This document shows, in pieces, positions 24,101 through 36,732 of a stretch of 64,000 nucleotides of DNA. Position numbers and translations under genes: made by a program. The notes under the pieces are model-generated. The model saw only the letters and a list, made by a program, of their open reading frames with translations, was not told where the DNA came from and ran no database searches. Origin of the DNA: Phaeosaccion multiseriatum (taxonomy: Eukaryota; Protista; Ochrophyta, other classes); assembly GCA_965112735.1 (NCBI GenBank), contig OZ218950.1:2604001-2668000 (forward strand), in the 5' to 3' direction. Numbering within the stretch: position 1 is the first letter of the stretch; the number at the start of each line of letters is the position of its first letter.

Positions 24101-27100
24101 ATCCTCCTCTACCAGCCCCTCCACAATCTGAAGAGCGTAGAGCATGCGGTACACGTTGCCCGAGTCGAGCAGCTCGTCCCAATCAGCCTGCGGATGCATG
24201 ACGGACTCGAGTGACAAGATGCCGTGCAAAAGGGTGGGGTTGGTGGGGATACGCATTAACAACTTCCACACTCGGGCAGCCACCGCTTCCCCGCCGTGGT
24301 TCAGAGCCTGGAGAAGCTGCCCAAAGTAGACCGGGTTGTGGGAGAGCGTGTATCGAGGCATCTGCCTTCGCTCCTCTTCGTCGGACACCACGACAGAAGG
24401 ATCCTCCAACGCAAGACCGTCTGCTGCTGCTGTATCACCAACAGTTGCTGCTGTCGCCCCTACAGTAGTGAAGGCTGAGGACTCTCCTCCTCCACCCATG
24501 GTGGAGGCTGTGTCACCAATGGCCTTGGCCGCTCCTGGCAGGGGCCGTAAGTCGTGGCCGTAGCCGTGGGCGTCAAGGTTGGTCCACACCACACGCGGCA
24601 TATCCTCACACGAGTCTCGGTACAGACGGAGAAAGTCGTCAAGCTGGATACAAGAGAGAGGTGGAGAGAGGTTAGGGGGGCGGGGGAGGGAGGGAGAGAG
24701 AGAGAGAGGGGGGGAGATGGATGGAGGAAGGGAGGGGTTACAGAGAGGAGCGAGTGGGGGAAGAGAGAGCGAGCGAGCGAGAGAGGGAGGGAGGGAGGGA
24801 GGGAGGGAGGGAGGGAGAGCGGGGGCGAGAGGGGGGGGAAGAGCGTCAGAAAGAGAGAGAGGCTGGGGGGGGAGGGGGGGGGAGAGCAGTCCCCACTCAA
24901 GGCCATCTTCACACTCACTCACTCACCTGCATACGGTCGTCATTGTCATCATCATACTTGTTGAAGAACACGGTCACTCGGTGGTCGTCCGGCTGACACT
25001 TGTCCTTGCAGCAACTTCGAATGAACGCCGCAGCCGCAGGACGGTCCAGATAGCAATTGTCACCGTCGTCGCGAACTGCGAATCTATAGAACCACTCCGT
25101 AAAGATTGCTGCAGGGCGGGGCATGAGCTCTCTGCCAGGGCTGGTAGGGTTGATTAACACGGCCTTTGGAACCTCTGGAGCAGCTTGCTCGTACGCCGTC
25201 AGAATCTCCCCGCTCTGGAGACCCACCCCGCCCAACCCAGCCAAGGTGTAGCTGTTGCTTTGAGACGGGAACGCCTGGCCGGACCTCACCAGCTTCACTT
25301 GCTCGCCACACACCACTGCTAGTCTAGCCACCGCCACCCGCACATCCCACACTGTGGAATTGGCGAACATGTTTAGCTCCGTCTCCTTGGGGAGCGAAGG
25401 CCGCTTGGTCATGGAGGAGTTGATAAACACTGAGAGGGGCGCGCCTCTGGACCTGGCGCTGTGGCTGGTGAGACTTCCTGTACCTCTTGTTTCCGTCTCA
25501 TCGAGAATGTTGTCGAGAAGCTGCAGTGAGGAAAAGAGAGAGAGAGAGAAGCGTGCGCAAGAGTGAGAATGGAACGTACGATCGAACGATCGATGGTCTT
25601 ATCAGCTGACCCTCAACCCGCAACTGGAAACAATTACAAACTGACTGCAAATTGCTGCTGCTCACCTGCAAAGACCGGAGAGCAGCCAGCTCCTCGTCCG
25701 CCTTGCACACAGCCGCGGCAGCAATGTGCGACATACACTCAGCCACGAACTCTTGCCTCGCCTGGACAATGAGAGAAGAGCCGTCGATCTGTGGCACCAC
25801 CTGCTGCCCCTGCCCCTGCCCCTCCCCCTCTCGCCCAGCCGCAGCAGCAGTAGCAGTAGCAGTAGCAGTAGCGGCAGCCGCCGCAAGCTCCAGTACCGAA
25901 GACGAAGACGCTGAGAGGTGCCTGTGAATCCGATTGAGAAGGGCAATGGCCGCATCCGCCACCTCCTGCTGCTCCGCTCGGAGGGCCACGCACCACAGAG
26001 CGTCGAAACCCGTCAGCGCACTGGGAAGGGTCAGGGGCTGGAAAAAGTCCGCCTCCAGCCATGTGTCGTTTGACTCGTCCCAGATGGTCGGGCTAGCCAC
26101 ACTGCCCCAGCCAGCACCAGCAGCGGAGGACCCACCTCCTCCTCCCACGGCTGCGGAGGCAGAAGAGGTTATTTTGGTATCCTGCACGAACACACGCAGG
26201 CACGCAGCGGAAGCGGAGAGGGGAGGAAGCATGAAACACAAGGAATCTGGAATCAGAAGACTGAAGGACAATGGGGGGGAATCTTTTGTCAGCGTGATAG
26301 GACGTCCTCGTTTCCCTCTCTCGCGTCCTCGCTCCCTTCCTCCTCCCTCACTCCCTCCGTCGTTCCCCTCCTTCCCCCCTCCCTCTGTCGCCCCCTTCGC
26401 TTCTCCATAACCTCGTTCCCTCCCCTGCCACGACACACGCACACCCATACCTGTAGGTTACTGACGAGGAAGAAGGAGAGAAAGCACTTGAACGTGGTCA
26501 AAGTCATACGCGTGAAGCTACTCCGGCTCGTCACAAACTCACACACTAAGTCACTAAAGATGTGCCCGAGTACGCCGGGCGCGAAGAATACGCCGCTCTC
26601 CCTCCTCTCCGCAGTACATCCGCCTTTCAGCCATTCCATAAGCAGGTCCGCTTCCGTGTCTGCCAGGCTCCTTTGCCCCGCCATGGTCCCTGCCCCTGCC
26701 CCCGCTCCTTCCGGTGCCATCCCTCCTTCTCCTCCTCCTTGCGAAGGGGCTCCTTCGTGGCGCACCATGGCCTTCCAAAGGGCGTCGACACTTCCGGCGG
26801 AGAGCGTTAATGGCGACTGCCGAATGAGGTATTTGAGAAGCTTGAGGTGAGCGCTAATGTGCTCCAGGTGCGAAGAGACACTGTTGAAAGGAGAGGAAGA
26901 GTCCCTCCTGCTGCTGCTGCTGATGCTAATCGTGGTTCCTGTCTCGCTCCCGGACTTGCTACTGCCATTCACCCCTCCGCCTCCACCTCCGCTGTCGAAG
27001 CTCTCACCCCCCCCTGCTACTCCTGCTCCTCCTCCTGCGCTCGTCACACCCCCACCCCCGCCGCTGGTCTGTGTGTTGTACCCCCCCTGTGTGTGATGCA

Positions 27101-27883
27101 GATACTCGCACAGGTCCTCAGTGATGAGCTGCAACAGAGACTTACTCTCATCCAACGAGAGAATGGCCTCCCCCCTACTCGTCTGCTCAATGACAGTTGT
27201 AGACATGGGAAAATGGTCAAGCAGCGCCTCCGTCATAGACAACATGACCATCACCTTGCTGCTGCCGCTACTGCTGCTGCGAATGGCCTCCACGCACCGC
27301 TGCAGGGCGGCGAGTCGGTATGTCTTCATGGCAGTGAGCCCATACACCTCCATAAGAGCATCCCTAGCCTTGGCCCGCACCCTCTCGTCGAACCTCGACC
27401 TGCCTCCTCCAGACGGAACGACAGGCGACATGGGCGAGAGGGGCGAGAGGGGCGAGCCCAAAGCCGGAGAGACGGGGCCACTGGTACCTCCTCCAGCAGG
27501 AGAGGCCCCAACTGTGGCCGAGGCTGAGACCATGACAGGACTCCCCCCGATGCCCTCAGGACCTACCGAGGGGGGGGGCGATGTGGGACTGTCCTGAATG
27601 ATGGTCCAAAGTAAATCTGTCAGTCGCAGCGTGGTGCCCAGCCCGTGAGCGGTCACTCGCGCCACATCTTTGACGAACTTGACCGTTCCCTCCACCCAAT
27701 AGTCGGGCCGCAGCATCTCAATCTTATCCACAAGTTTGTTGAGGAGCTCCACTCCGAGCTTGTCAAGAAGAGAACATAGCACATTGTGAACGGCCAGCCT
27801 TCGTCCTTCCTCGAGTCGATATCCAGAAGAGCCCGACCCCCCTGACCCCCCCCCAGGCGCCGTAGGACTGGCATTCCCATTCG

Positions 27884-27920
<37 letters not shown>

Positions 27921-29447
27921 CCCCATCACTAACGAACCTCCTCCTGCTGCTCCTCCTGCTGCTCCTACTCCTCCCGTTACTGCTGCTCCTTCCTCGGAAG
28001 ACACAGCCGTAGCAGCCGTAGCAGGGGGGCTGCCGTTCCAGATGATGTCCAGGTGGTGGGTGGTGAATGCCCCTTCCTTGCACAGGAAGGAGAGGATCTC
28101 CCCGCTGCGAGGAATGAGCTCTGTATGTCCTCTGAACACTTCTGCGAGGAAGTCGTGATCATGCAGCCAAGCCACGATTCGCGTCTCGCTCAACCAACCA
28201 GTCGAGCGCCGAGTCACTGCTTGCACCTGCGATAGTTTTGGGTACCCACAGGCAAGGGGGGGGGGGGGGGGGGCAGAGGGGTAAGAGAGGGAGCGGGGCA
28301 CACGGACAGAGGAGTGAGTGAGTCAGACGGCAAATCGAAATGTGCGGCGCATGGATTTACGAAATCTGAACCTACCGGCGAATCAATGCAATGGCTGGGG
28401 TCAGTCAGTCAATCGGTCAGGCAGGCAGTCAAGTCAGTCAGTCAGTCAGTCAGTCTGGCAGTCAGGCAGTCATGCAGTCGGTGATTCCCTCCCTCCTTCC
28501 CTCGCCCCTCGACGTATGCGGCATACCTGGTCCGTCACCAGCTTGAGGCCCTGCAGTTGACGATTCATAAAGGCGCAATGGAGGAAGACAATGGCCATGT
28601 CCAGCCTCAAACTCTCGGTGAAGCGCGCCACCTGTGCCCTCCTCCTCGTGCGCAAGAGACACCGCTCCATCGCGTCCACAGTGGCGTCCATCTTCTCTCG
28701 GCTAAGCGCACGCAGCTCAGCATCCGGGCACTCTCGCAGCACTCGCGCGCTTCTCTCCACGAGCGCCTCCAAGTAAGGTTGGGCCACCCCTCGTCGAAGA
28801 AAGCGTCGCACCCCCCCAACCGCACACAGCAGCAGCTTCAAAACACTCACAGGAACCTTCCCTGCCGCCGTCTCCGAGAGCCCTGAGCCGCCCACCCTCC
28901 TCAGGATGGCGTCCAATCCGCCTGTCCTCCCAAATCGATTGACCAAATCCACCAGGACCTCCCGCCCCCTTGCCTCCCGCCGCCGTGTCTCCTCGTCCGA
29001 GGCAACCGATCCGGACTCCCATCGCACAACAGCGAAGATGTTGGCATCCTCGGGGTCGCTTTCATCCGCAACAGGCTCCGCCAATTGCCAAGAACCGTCT
29101 CCGACTGCCCGAGAGTTGAGTGGTTGCAAGCGGCTCGACCCGCAGCTGATCCACTCCGTCCCAGTGGTGACCGCTGCTGCTGTACCACCAACTGCTGCAG
29201 TAGCCTTGCCCCCGCCGTGTCCGTACCCCATTCCATCGTCCAGGTCGTCGTACTCTTCATTCTCATCTACTCGAAGCATTCGTCGAGCTCTCTGGAAGCC
29301 CACCCTCACCTCATTAACGCTTGCTTCGAAAGTGGCCTCCGTCGCGATATCCACGTGCATCGCCCCAAAACCATTCTCACCACCACCACCAGCGACACCA
29401 GCACCAACACCACCAGCCGACCAGCAATCCGGCTCCTCCTCCTTGCC

Positions 29448-29478
<31 letters not shown>

Positions 29479-31250
29479 GCTGAGAGCCGCTTACGCAGCT
29501 CTAGCACGGTCGCATTGCGCCACACGCTATCCGTGGCGAGAACGTCCAGCGTACTGCCCACCTGCAAGCCCGCTCTCCAGGCGTCCCCCCCCTCGTCCCA
29601 CCCCGTGCTAGCAGAGTGCGGAGTGCACACCATGGCCTGGCTCGAGCTCAGGGCGGTGGTGATGGGCACTTCCACCCCCGTGACAGTCGCACCAGCAGGC
29701 CCTCCCCCTCCGGTGTCCCGCTGCTCTTCGCTCCAATACCCTCCTGGAGCAGCGATCCTACCCTCTGCTGTCGGAGTGGCTGTGGCCGTGGCGATGGCAG
29801 TGGCCGTGGCCATTGCCGTAGTGGGAAGGCCCCCAGCTGCACACGTACGCACGGGACATTGTGAGTGGGGAAGAGAAGAGCACGAGCAAGATTAGAGACG
29901 CGCGCGGCTATGACAAGAGAATGGAACGTCGTTCTGTCTTTGATGAGAAGAAAGGGAGGCTTTCCGTTCGCATCCCGCCCGTTGCACCCTCTTGTCGGGC
30001 GAGCATCGCCAAACGGGGGATGCAAGCAGAGCAGTGAGTGTAGAGCAGCAGCAAACGTGATTGATTGAAGTGACTAGTTTCGTACTCACCCGCGTTGGAG
30101 GCCCCATCTGCTTCGTCTTGAGACGGTGTGGAGGTGGAGCTCCCTCCCCCCCAGTGCAAGTAGCAAGTTTGCTCGGGGTTCAGTACCTCCGCCAAGCATG
30201 CTGCCAGAACCTCGAGCTCTTCAGTGGATGCGCTGGCGGTCTCTAGGCGTGAGCTCACGAGGTCCACCACCCTCTCCAACGTCGCGCGGATGAGAGGGAA
30301 GCAGCCGGGCCCGTAGGAGTGATAGCGACGCTGCATGATGCCCTTGACGGCTTTGAGAAGCACAGAGGAACGAAGGAAGAGGGCTTGTTTCTGCAGTGGC
30401 AACGCAGAAAGCTCTTCCCCCCCCCCCTGCTGCATGCCGCTGCCGGCTCCAACTCCTCCACTGCATGGCCCGTCGACGCTGCCACCGGCGGCGACGCCGA
30501 CCCTTTCGTCTTGCACGTGTATACCCGGAGTCGAACCAACCAATAGCTCGTCCAAGGTGGCAAGCGAGGCTTTCAGCTGCTGAAGCATGATGCCGTCGTT
30601 ATTGTTGTTGTCTCCGTCGTCGCTGCCGGAGATTAGCATGGGCGGGGAGTCCTCAAACAGCGCCAGCATCTCATCGGTCTCAGCGCTGTAGTTCCATAAG
30701 CCTTCCAAGGGGAAGGAGAGCTGCGGGGGGCGGTAGTGAGAGCAAAGGGTCGCAGATCGGTTAAAAATGCGGGGGGGGGGGTGGGGGGTGCAGTTGGAGG
30801 GGAGGAAACAGAAGGGAGGGCGGAGAGAGGGAGATGGAGGGATGCGGGGGGGAGGAGAGCAGCCCGATAGAGGGAGGTGGGATGGGAGGGAGAGAGAGAA
30901 GAGAGAAGGAAAAAAAGAGAGAGGATTAGAGAGAAGAGAGCGCGGAGGTGGGGAGGGGGGGAGGGGGAGAGGGGAGGGATGCGGAGGGAAGGAAAGCAGG
31001 GCGCGAGAGGGGTCGATGGAGGGATGGGGGTTAGGAGGGAGAAGGAGAAGAAAGACGAAGGAGGAGAAGAGAAGAGACGATAGATCAGAGTGAAGAGAGA
31101 AGGAGAGGGGGGGGGGGGGGAAGAGAAGACAAGGAAAGAGGAAAGAGGAGGAGAGAGGAGCGGAGAATGAGAGAGCGAAACCACAGCTGGGATGGGAGAG
31201 TGGGGTTGTCGAATCACACTTACTTCCTTCACAGCCTGCTCCTCCTCCAT
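17261..31250 (-). CDS. Large ubiquitin carboxyl-terminal hydrolase (peptidase C19), USP9X/USP24/USP34-like, with Tudor/Agenet-like, Ubl-like and EF-hand-like inserts
   Basis: Cys box GIRNLGNTCYMSSCLQQLF (~21075-21020), QQDAQGF, LPDTLIVHLNRF, His box GVVVHVGTANQGHYFSYI, WCEFND and NAYLLLF. Upstream conserved blocks include LVNRFGRTGG, HTELIPRSGEILSFL and VWKLLMRIPTN. The probable first micro-exon 31250-31224 (MEEEQAVKE|GTAAGT) splices to 30720; about 9 exons. Confidence 0.9.
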
Positions 31251-31428
31251 GGCTGGAGCCGGTGCTTGAGGAAAGTGATGTGTGGAAGAATCAAAGAGTG
31301 GATGGAGGCATATGTTTCTTTCCCTAACTCAGCCCTTAGTAACAAAACAAAAGAACAAAAGTGGCACCTGAAGAGATTAAGAGAGAAATAGGCTGGCTTC
31401 CAACGCCCGGATCCATTCTTCATTTGCC

Positions 31429-32649
31429 ATGAAGCGGTCACGGCAAGAGAGCGAGGGTGGAAGGGCAGACGGCTTTACCACGGACTTCACTCTGGACAAG
31501 GTGGGCCCTGAGAGAGCGATGTACCCTCACGAGTCGCGGAAGACGCGCTCATCGCCTGCGTGGTATGCCATTCGTTGGCGTAAACCTTCTCCATTCCCCT
31601 GTCCTCTCTCCCCTTCTGACGTCCCCACTCCCTCCCCTCCCTCTCCCAGAGCGTTGTCGGGCTCCCCAAAGTCCGAGAGGCCGAGGAGGAGGCCATGTAT
31701 ACAGCACTCACTCGAATCATGTGCATGGTGAGTCCAACACCAACCCTCCCATCCTAACTACCTTGCTTCACTTCCTACCTCCTTCCTCTCCTCGTCTCTT
31801 CCTCTCTATATTCACTGTCTTCCGGCTCCGCTCTCTCATCACCTTCCGCGTCAACCCTCGCGTATGTCTCACTCTGTGCAGGAGATTGCACACGAAGTAC
31901 ATCGGGAGGCCCACACGGGCATCCTCACCGTGGACCACCTGTACCAGGCCTCTGCCCTCAAGGAAGAAGAGGGAGCAGCAGTGGGGGCCAAGAGACGGTC
32001 TGCCGACAACACAAAGTAAGGTGTAATCCCAACCACCTTGTGCCACCACCACGCCCTCCCCTCCCCTTACACCTGTTTTGTACCCCAACAGAGACGCGAC
32101 CAACGTGAGCTGCCACGTCTGCGGTCGTCAAGTGGCCATCTCGCGCTTCGCCCCACACCTCGACAAGTGCATGCTCGGGGCCAGAGGAGGAGTAGGTGGG
32201 AGCAGCAGCAGAGGAGGGGCCGGCACAAGGACGCCGTCCCCGGTGCCCACCCCGCAACAACAGCAGCAGCACCATACTCAGCAGCAGCAAACGAGTGCTG
32301 CAGCTGCGGCCGCGCTGACGGGGCCGTCGGCATCACTATCATCATCGTCGTTGTCTTCGTCGTTGTCCTCTTCTTATTCTTCAGTTGCTGATGCCGCGGC
32401 TGGGGCGGCGTCTTTCTATGCCCCACCCTCCGGTACGAAAGGTAAGGAGGACCGTCGATCCTTGGGAGAAATAGTGCATGTTGTTGTTTTAGTTGGCTCA
32501 TTCCCCGTCTCTTTGCGTGGCTCGTGATAAGGGGGCAGCCCTGTTGTAGGCCGCGACGCCCCTTTTCACTCACTCGCTGACTCACTCACTCACTGACTGA
32601 CTGACTGACTGACTGCACGGTCTTGTGACGCATTCCTTGGCCACCCCCA

Positions 32650-32681
<32 letters not shown>

Positions 32682-32776
32682 CGAGAGCGGGTAAGCTCAA
32701 GAAGCGCCAGAACGGGCCACCCTTGCAAAGCTTGACCCCCCAGGGATTGCTGGTGGGCAATGCCCGCGACAAGTGA
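31429..32776 (+). CDS. SGF11: SGF11/ATXN7L3-like SAGA deubiquitination-module zinc-finger protein
   Basis: Spliced helix MYTALTRIMCM|EIAHEVHREAHTG and zinc finger SCHVCGRQVAISRFAPHLDKCMLG. Approximate exons: 31429-31500, 31650-31727, 31882-32015, 32092-32441, 32682-32776. Confidence 0.85.
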
Positions 32777-33074
32777 TGTGATGGGGAGGGAGAGATGGAG
32801 TGGAGCGAGCATCGGAGTGGCATGGGAGTGGCCCCCATCTGTTTTTTTTATATTATTTTTATTTTTTTAATTAAAAAAAACTTAGTAATCTGTAGTGAAA
32901 GAGGAGGAGGGCCCTTTCTTTGCCCGTGTTATACACCAAGAGCGGCTTGCCTGGAGAGCGCACTCACCCGAGGACGGAGGCGTGTTTAAACCGGGGGACA
33001 GTTGACTCTTGACTCTTACTCCTCCACTCCATTCGCTGCGTCCAGCTACGCACGACTGAGAGGGTGTTCGTGAG

Positions 33075-33142
33075 CTGCCATCCCATGGGAAAGGCTCTCA
33101 GAGGATGTACATGTACTGCCATCCCATGGGGAAGGCTCTCAG
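33075..33142. repeat. ~27-bp direct repeat CTGCCATCCCATGGG(G)AAGGCTCTCAG, two copies
   Basis: Two copies about 41 bp apart in intergenic DNA. Confidence 0.85.
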
Positions 33143-33176
33143 CTCCTCAGGGCAGGCGCCGTTACGCCGTCCCCTT

Positions 33177-33213
<37 letters not shown>

Positions 33214-34039
33214 GGACAGATCTGACCCACTTTCGGCCCCCAGACTGTCCAGCAGCACTTCACTCGCCCGTCGACTACCCCATACTGTAGGGCCACGAAG
33301 AGCCACAACGACTTGTAGCAGCAGCAGCCTGCCTGGTAGCTGGTAGCAAGCAGATTTCGACGGGATTCTCGAAGCGAAAACAACATCACGAAAGCAGCAC
33401 ATCCCCTTCCTGCTCCCCGGGGGCCCCTACCATTAGAGTGCCATCCTCGCCGAACACCCCCTCCCACTGCACAACTGTAAGGGGGCGATGAAGCACACCC
33501 CCCCCCCAAGGATGATGGAAGCATGCCTTCTTCTCCCCCAAGGCACATATGTGATCCTCTCTCTCTCGCCTCACTCTCTCTCTCCTCACTCTCACGCTCT
33601 CTCTCTCTCTCTCTCACTCACACTCACTCTCTCTGTCTCTCTCTCTCCTCACTCTCACTCTCACTCTCACTCTCCTTCTCTATGTCTATCTCTCTCGCCT
33701 CACTCTCACTCTCGAAGAATCACCGCACTTGGCACTTCCGCCCCCCCCCAGCAAGCCAGTGGTGTTGGTAGCTTGAGGGCGAGGCGAGGGAGAGTAGCTG
33801 AAACTCTCTGACCACGCGACGGAAGGCATTCCCATCCCCCCTCAGGAAAGGAAGCCTGCCAAAACACGATATCAGCACCAACCCTCCTTTCTCTCTCTCC
33901 CTCTCCCTCCCTCTCTTCCTCGCTCTCTCTCTCGGTCTCTGGGAACGAACGACCAACTGAGAAGAATGGAGATAGAGAGCAGGATCCACAGCTTCATTCC
34001 CTTCACAACCGACCGACAAGAGTAGGTAGAGAGAGGGCT

Positions 34040-35225
34040 TCACAGCTTCATCCCCTTCACAAGCCCCTGCAGTTGCGCGCTGTCCTTGGCGGGCATGAGG
34101 GCTGCGTACCCTGCCATGTCCTCCTGCATCTTAGTGCGATACTCAGTCAGGTCCGCGCCTTCGCCCTCAGGCAACCCCCCCTCTTTGCCTCCTCCTCCTC
34201 TTCCTGCTTCCTTTCGCACCTCGAGCAAGTACGCCAGCTCCGTCTTGACGTTGTCCACATCGCCGATGAGTTCATTTCGCGCCAAATACCTTAGCGTTTG
34301 GAGGTTCTGCGGAAAGAGGAAGAAAGGATGTGGAAGGGATGGAGGGGCGTAAAGTAAAAGGGGGTTGGATGTATGCGGGTGTTGTGTGTGTGTGGGCTTT
34401 GGGTTAGGAGGAGAGAGCGGGTGTGTGAGGGGTGTGTCTTGATCTTCACTGCCAAGCACCCCTAGCCTTGACCCTACAGCCCCATTATCCTCGACGCTTC
34501 ATCTCACCGCAGGGGGGGTGCTGTTCTTCACGCCTTCGGGGCTAATGTTCGCCCTGTCTGAGTACTACCCGCACCAACGGGCATGGGGCAAGCAAGGGAA
34601 GGAGGAAGTGACGAGGATTTTTTTGTTTAGTTTGACGACTATATAATCATGAAGGCTGAGCAGTTCTCACCCCATTAAACGCCTCCTTCATCTTGGGGAC
34701 CGCGAAGGTTTCCTCTTGCTCAAGCAACCCCAGGGCCTCCTTCCAAGCTGGACCGATGGGTTGGCCGGAGAGCTCCAACACCCTCTCAAGCTTGGAGAAG
34801 ATACCGGCCACAGGCAATAGCATCAAGGTCATCTGATCGAGGGCTTTGGAGGGCTGGCGGGAAGTCGTGCAGACGGACAATGTTGTTTAGGGGAAGCCTC
34901 AAGGAGAACCATCTAGAGGATCACTCACCGTGGCAGGAGGCTCCTCGTCCAAGGCCGAAGCCAAAGCTTGGCCCGCAGGCGCTCCGAGGGCAAGGAAAGC
35001 AGCTGTGCATCGACCGGCAACGAGAAGCGCTCCTCTCCGACTGCAAGAGGAAGCTCCTCCTCCGTCTCCATACTCTGACTCATGATGATTGCTGGCGCAG
35101 AGCTGGTGCTGCTCAAGGCGGGTTGGAAGGGAGGAGTGGGGCATAGAAACGAACCCATTTGTCACCACAGGGTAGGCAGCGAAGAGAAAGGCGACAATTG
35201 CAGCAAAGTTGGTCTGCAGGAACAT
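34040..35225 (-). CDS. Putative thylakoid-lumen protein of unknown function (bipartite plastid targeting plus Tat signal)
   Basis: MFLQTNFAAIVAFLFAAYPVVTNG-F signal peptide, Ser-rich transit region, then SRRGALL twin-arginine motif, a hydrophobic stretch and an A-L-A cleavage site. Phase-0 exons: 35225-34929, 34853-34671, ~34565-34509, 34306-34040. Confidence 0.75.
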
Positions 35226-35540
35226 CTTCGTAAAGAAGGAAAGAAGTAAATAAAGGGAGGGAAAAGGGGGGAAACGTATGCCTCCATCCACAAATAGGGC
35301 CACAGAGAGATCACGCATAAGAAAAAAAATATATATATACATATAGACAGACGCCTGCTGCTGCTGCTGCTGGTGGTGGTGGTGGTGGTGCTGTTAAGCA
35401 GGCTGACCGAGGGAGAGATTGGGGTTTGTGGGGTATCGTAGGAGGGGAGGAAAGAGCAAACATTCCCTACCCGTTTTTTCGGAGCTGAGCTGCCTCCCGT
35501 TCAGCAGTTCGCCTGTCGGCTCTCCCTCCCACGTGCAACC

Positions 35541-36680
35541 ATGCTGGAGGTCGTGACAATAGTGGGCATCGTCATGAACGTGGCGAGCGTGGTGGGGGTG
35601 GTTCTCCTGAACAAGAAGCTGGCCTCCACCAATGGCTTTGATTTCATTCTGCTGCTCTCTGCGTCGCACTTTGTGTTCACGGGGCTAGGCGTGAGGCTTC
35701 TCCTCCAGATGGGCCTCTTCACGTACAAGCCAGCGGACATCAAGAAGGTATGTGGCACGTCCCTGCTGCTGCGCTCACAGTACCGCGGCTCTGCTCACCT
35801 CTCATCTTCCTCGTTCCTTCTGCCCCCCCACCGCGCCTCTCCCCTCACCGTCCAAAGGTGCTTCCCGTGGCGCTGGGCTCATTAGGGAGTGTGGCCTTTA
35901 TGAACCTGAACCTGGCACACAATTCCGTGGGCTTTTACCAGCTTTCAAAACTGGCCTGTATCCCCGTCACCATCATGATTGAGCGAATGCTCTACAACAA
36001 AGCGGCCTCTAAAGCGGTACAAATCGCTCTCATTCCCATCCTTATCGGCGTGGGGCTTGCGACTGTCAACGACACGGAGGTGGGTGGGGTACACATACGC
36101 GAAACAGTGGGTGCAAAGCCGTGACAATAGTGATGGCATCTCCGAACCAACCCAACCCGATGCACTTTCCCGACCATTAGTTCATCCCCCCCCCCGCCCC
36201 CCCTATACGCTTCTCCCGACTCTCGCCCCCCACCCCTCGACGCTCAGTACAAATCCCTCATACCCCCTTACTCCACCATCTCTCACGCACCGCGGTCATC
36301 CCTCACGTTGTCGCACGGCTGCTGCTCTCCGCCCTCCCCCACCCCCCCCCCATCCCGCCTTGCTCCACTCCAAAAGGTGAACTTTGCAGGTACTCTATTC
36401 GCCGCATGTGCCGTCCTATGTACCACCTGTGCGCAGATCTTCACCTCCCGCTACCAGAAAGAGCTCCAACTCGACGCCCTCCAGCTACTTTACCACACCT
36501 CGCCACTCATCGCGCTGGGTATGATAGCAATGGTACCCATTTTCGATGACATATCGAGCTTAGCGACATACGAGTGGCCTGTCGATGTCGTTAGTCTCGT
36601 GGGTCTGACGTGTGTGCTAGCGCTGGGGGTGAACATCACCAACTATCTCGTCCTCGGCAAGACGGGGCCTATCACCTATC

Positions 36681-36732
<52 letters not shown>

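Noticed and set aside
32800-34030. Gene in the SGF11 to lumen-protein interval
   Set aside because: Only short ORFs driven by CT repeats; no consistent splice pattern or domain.
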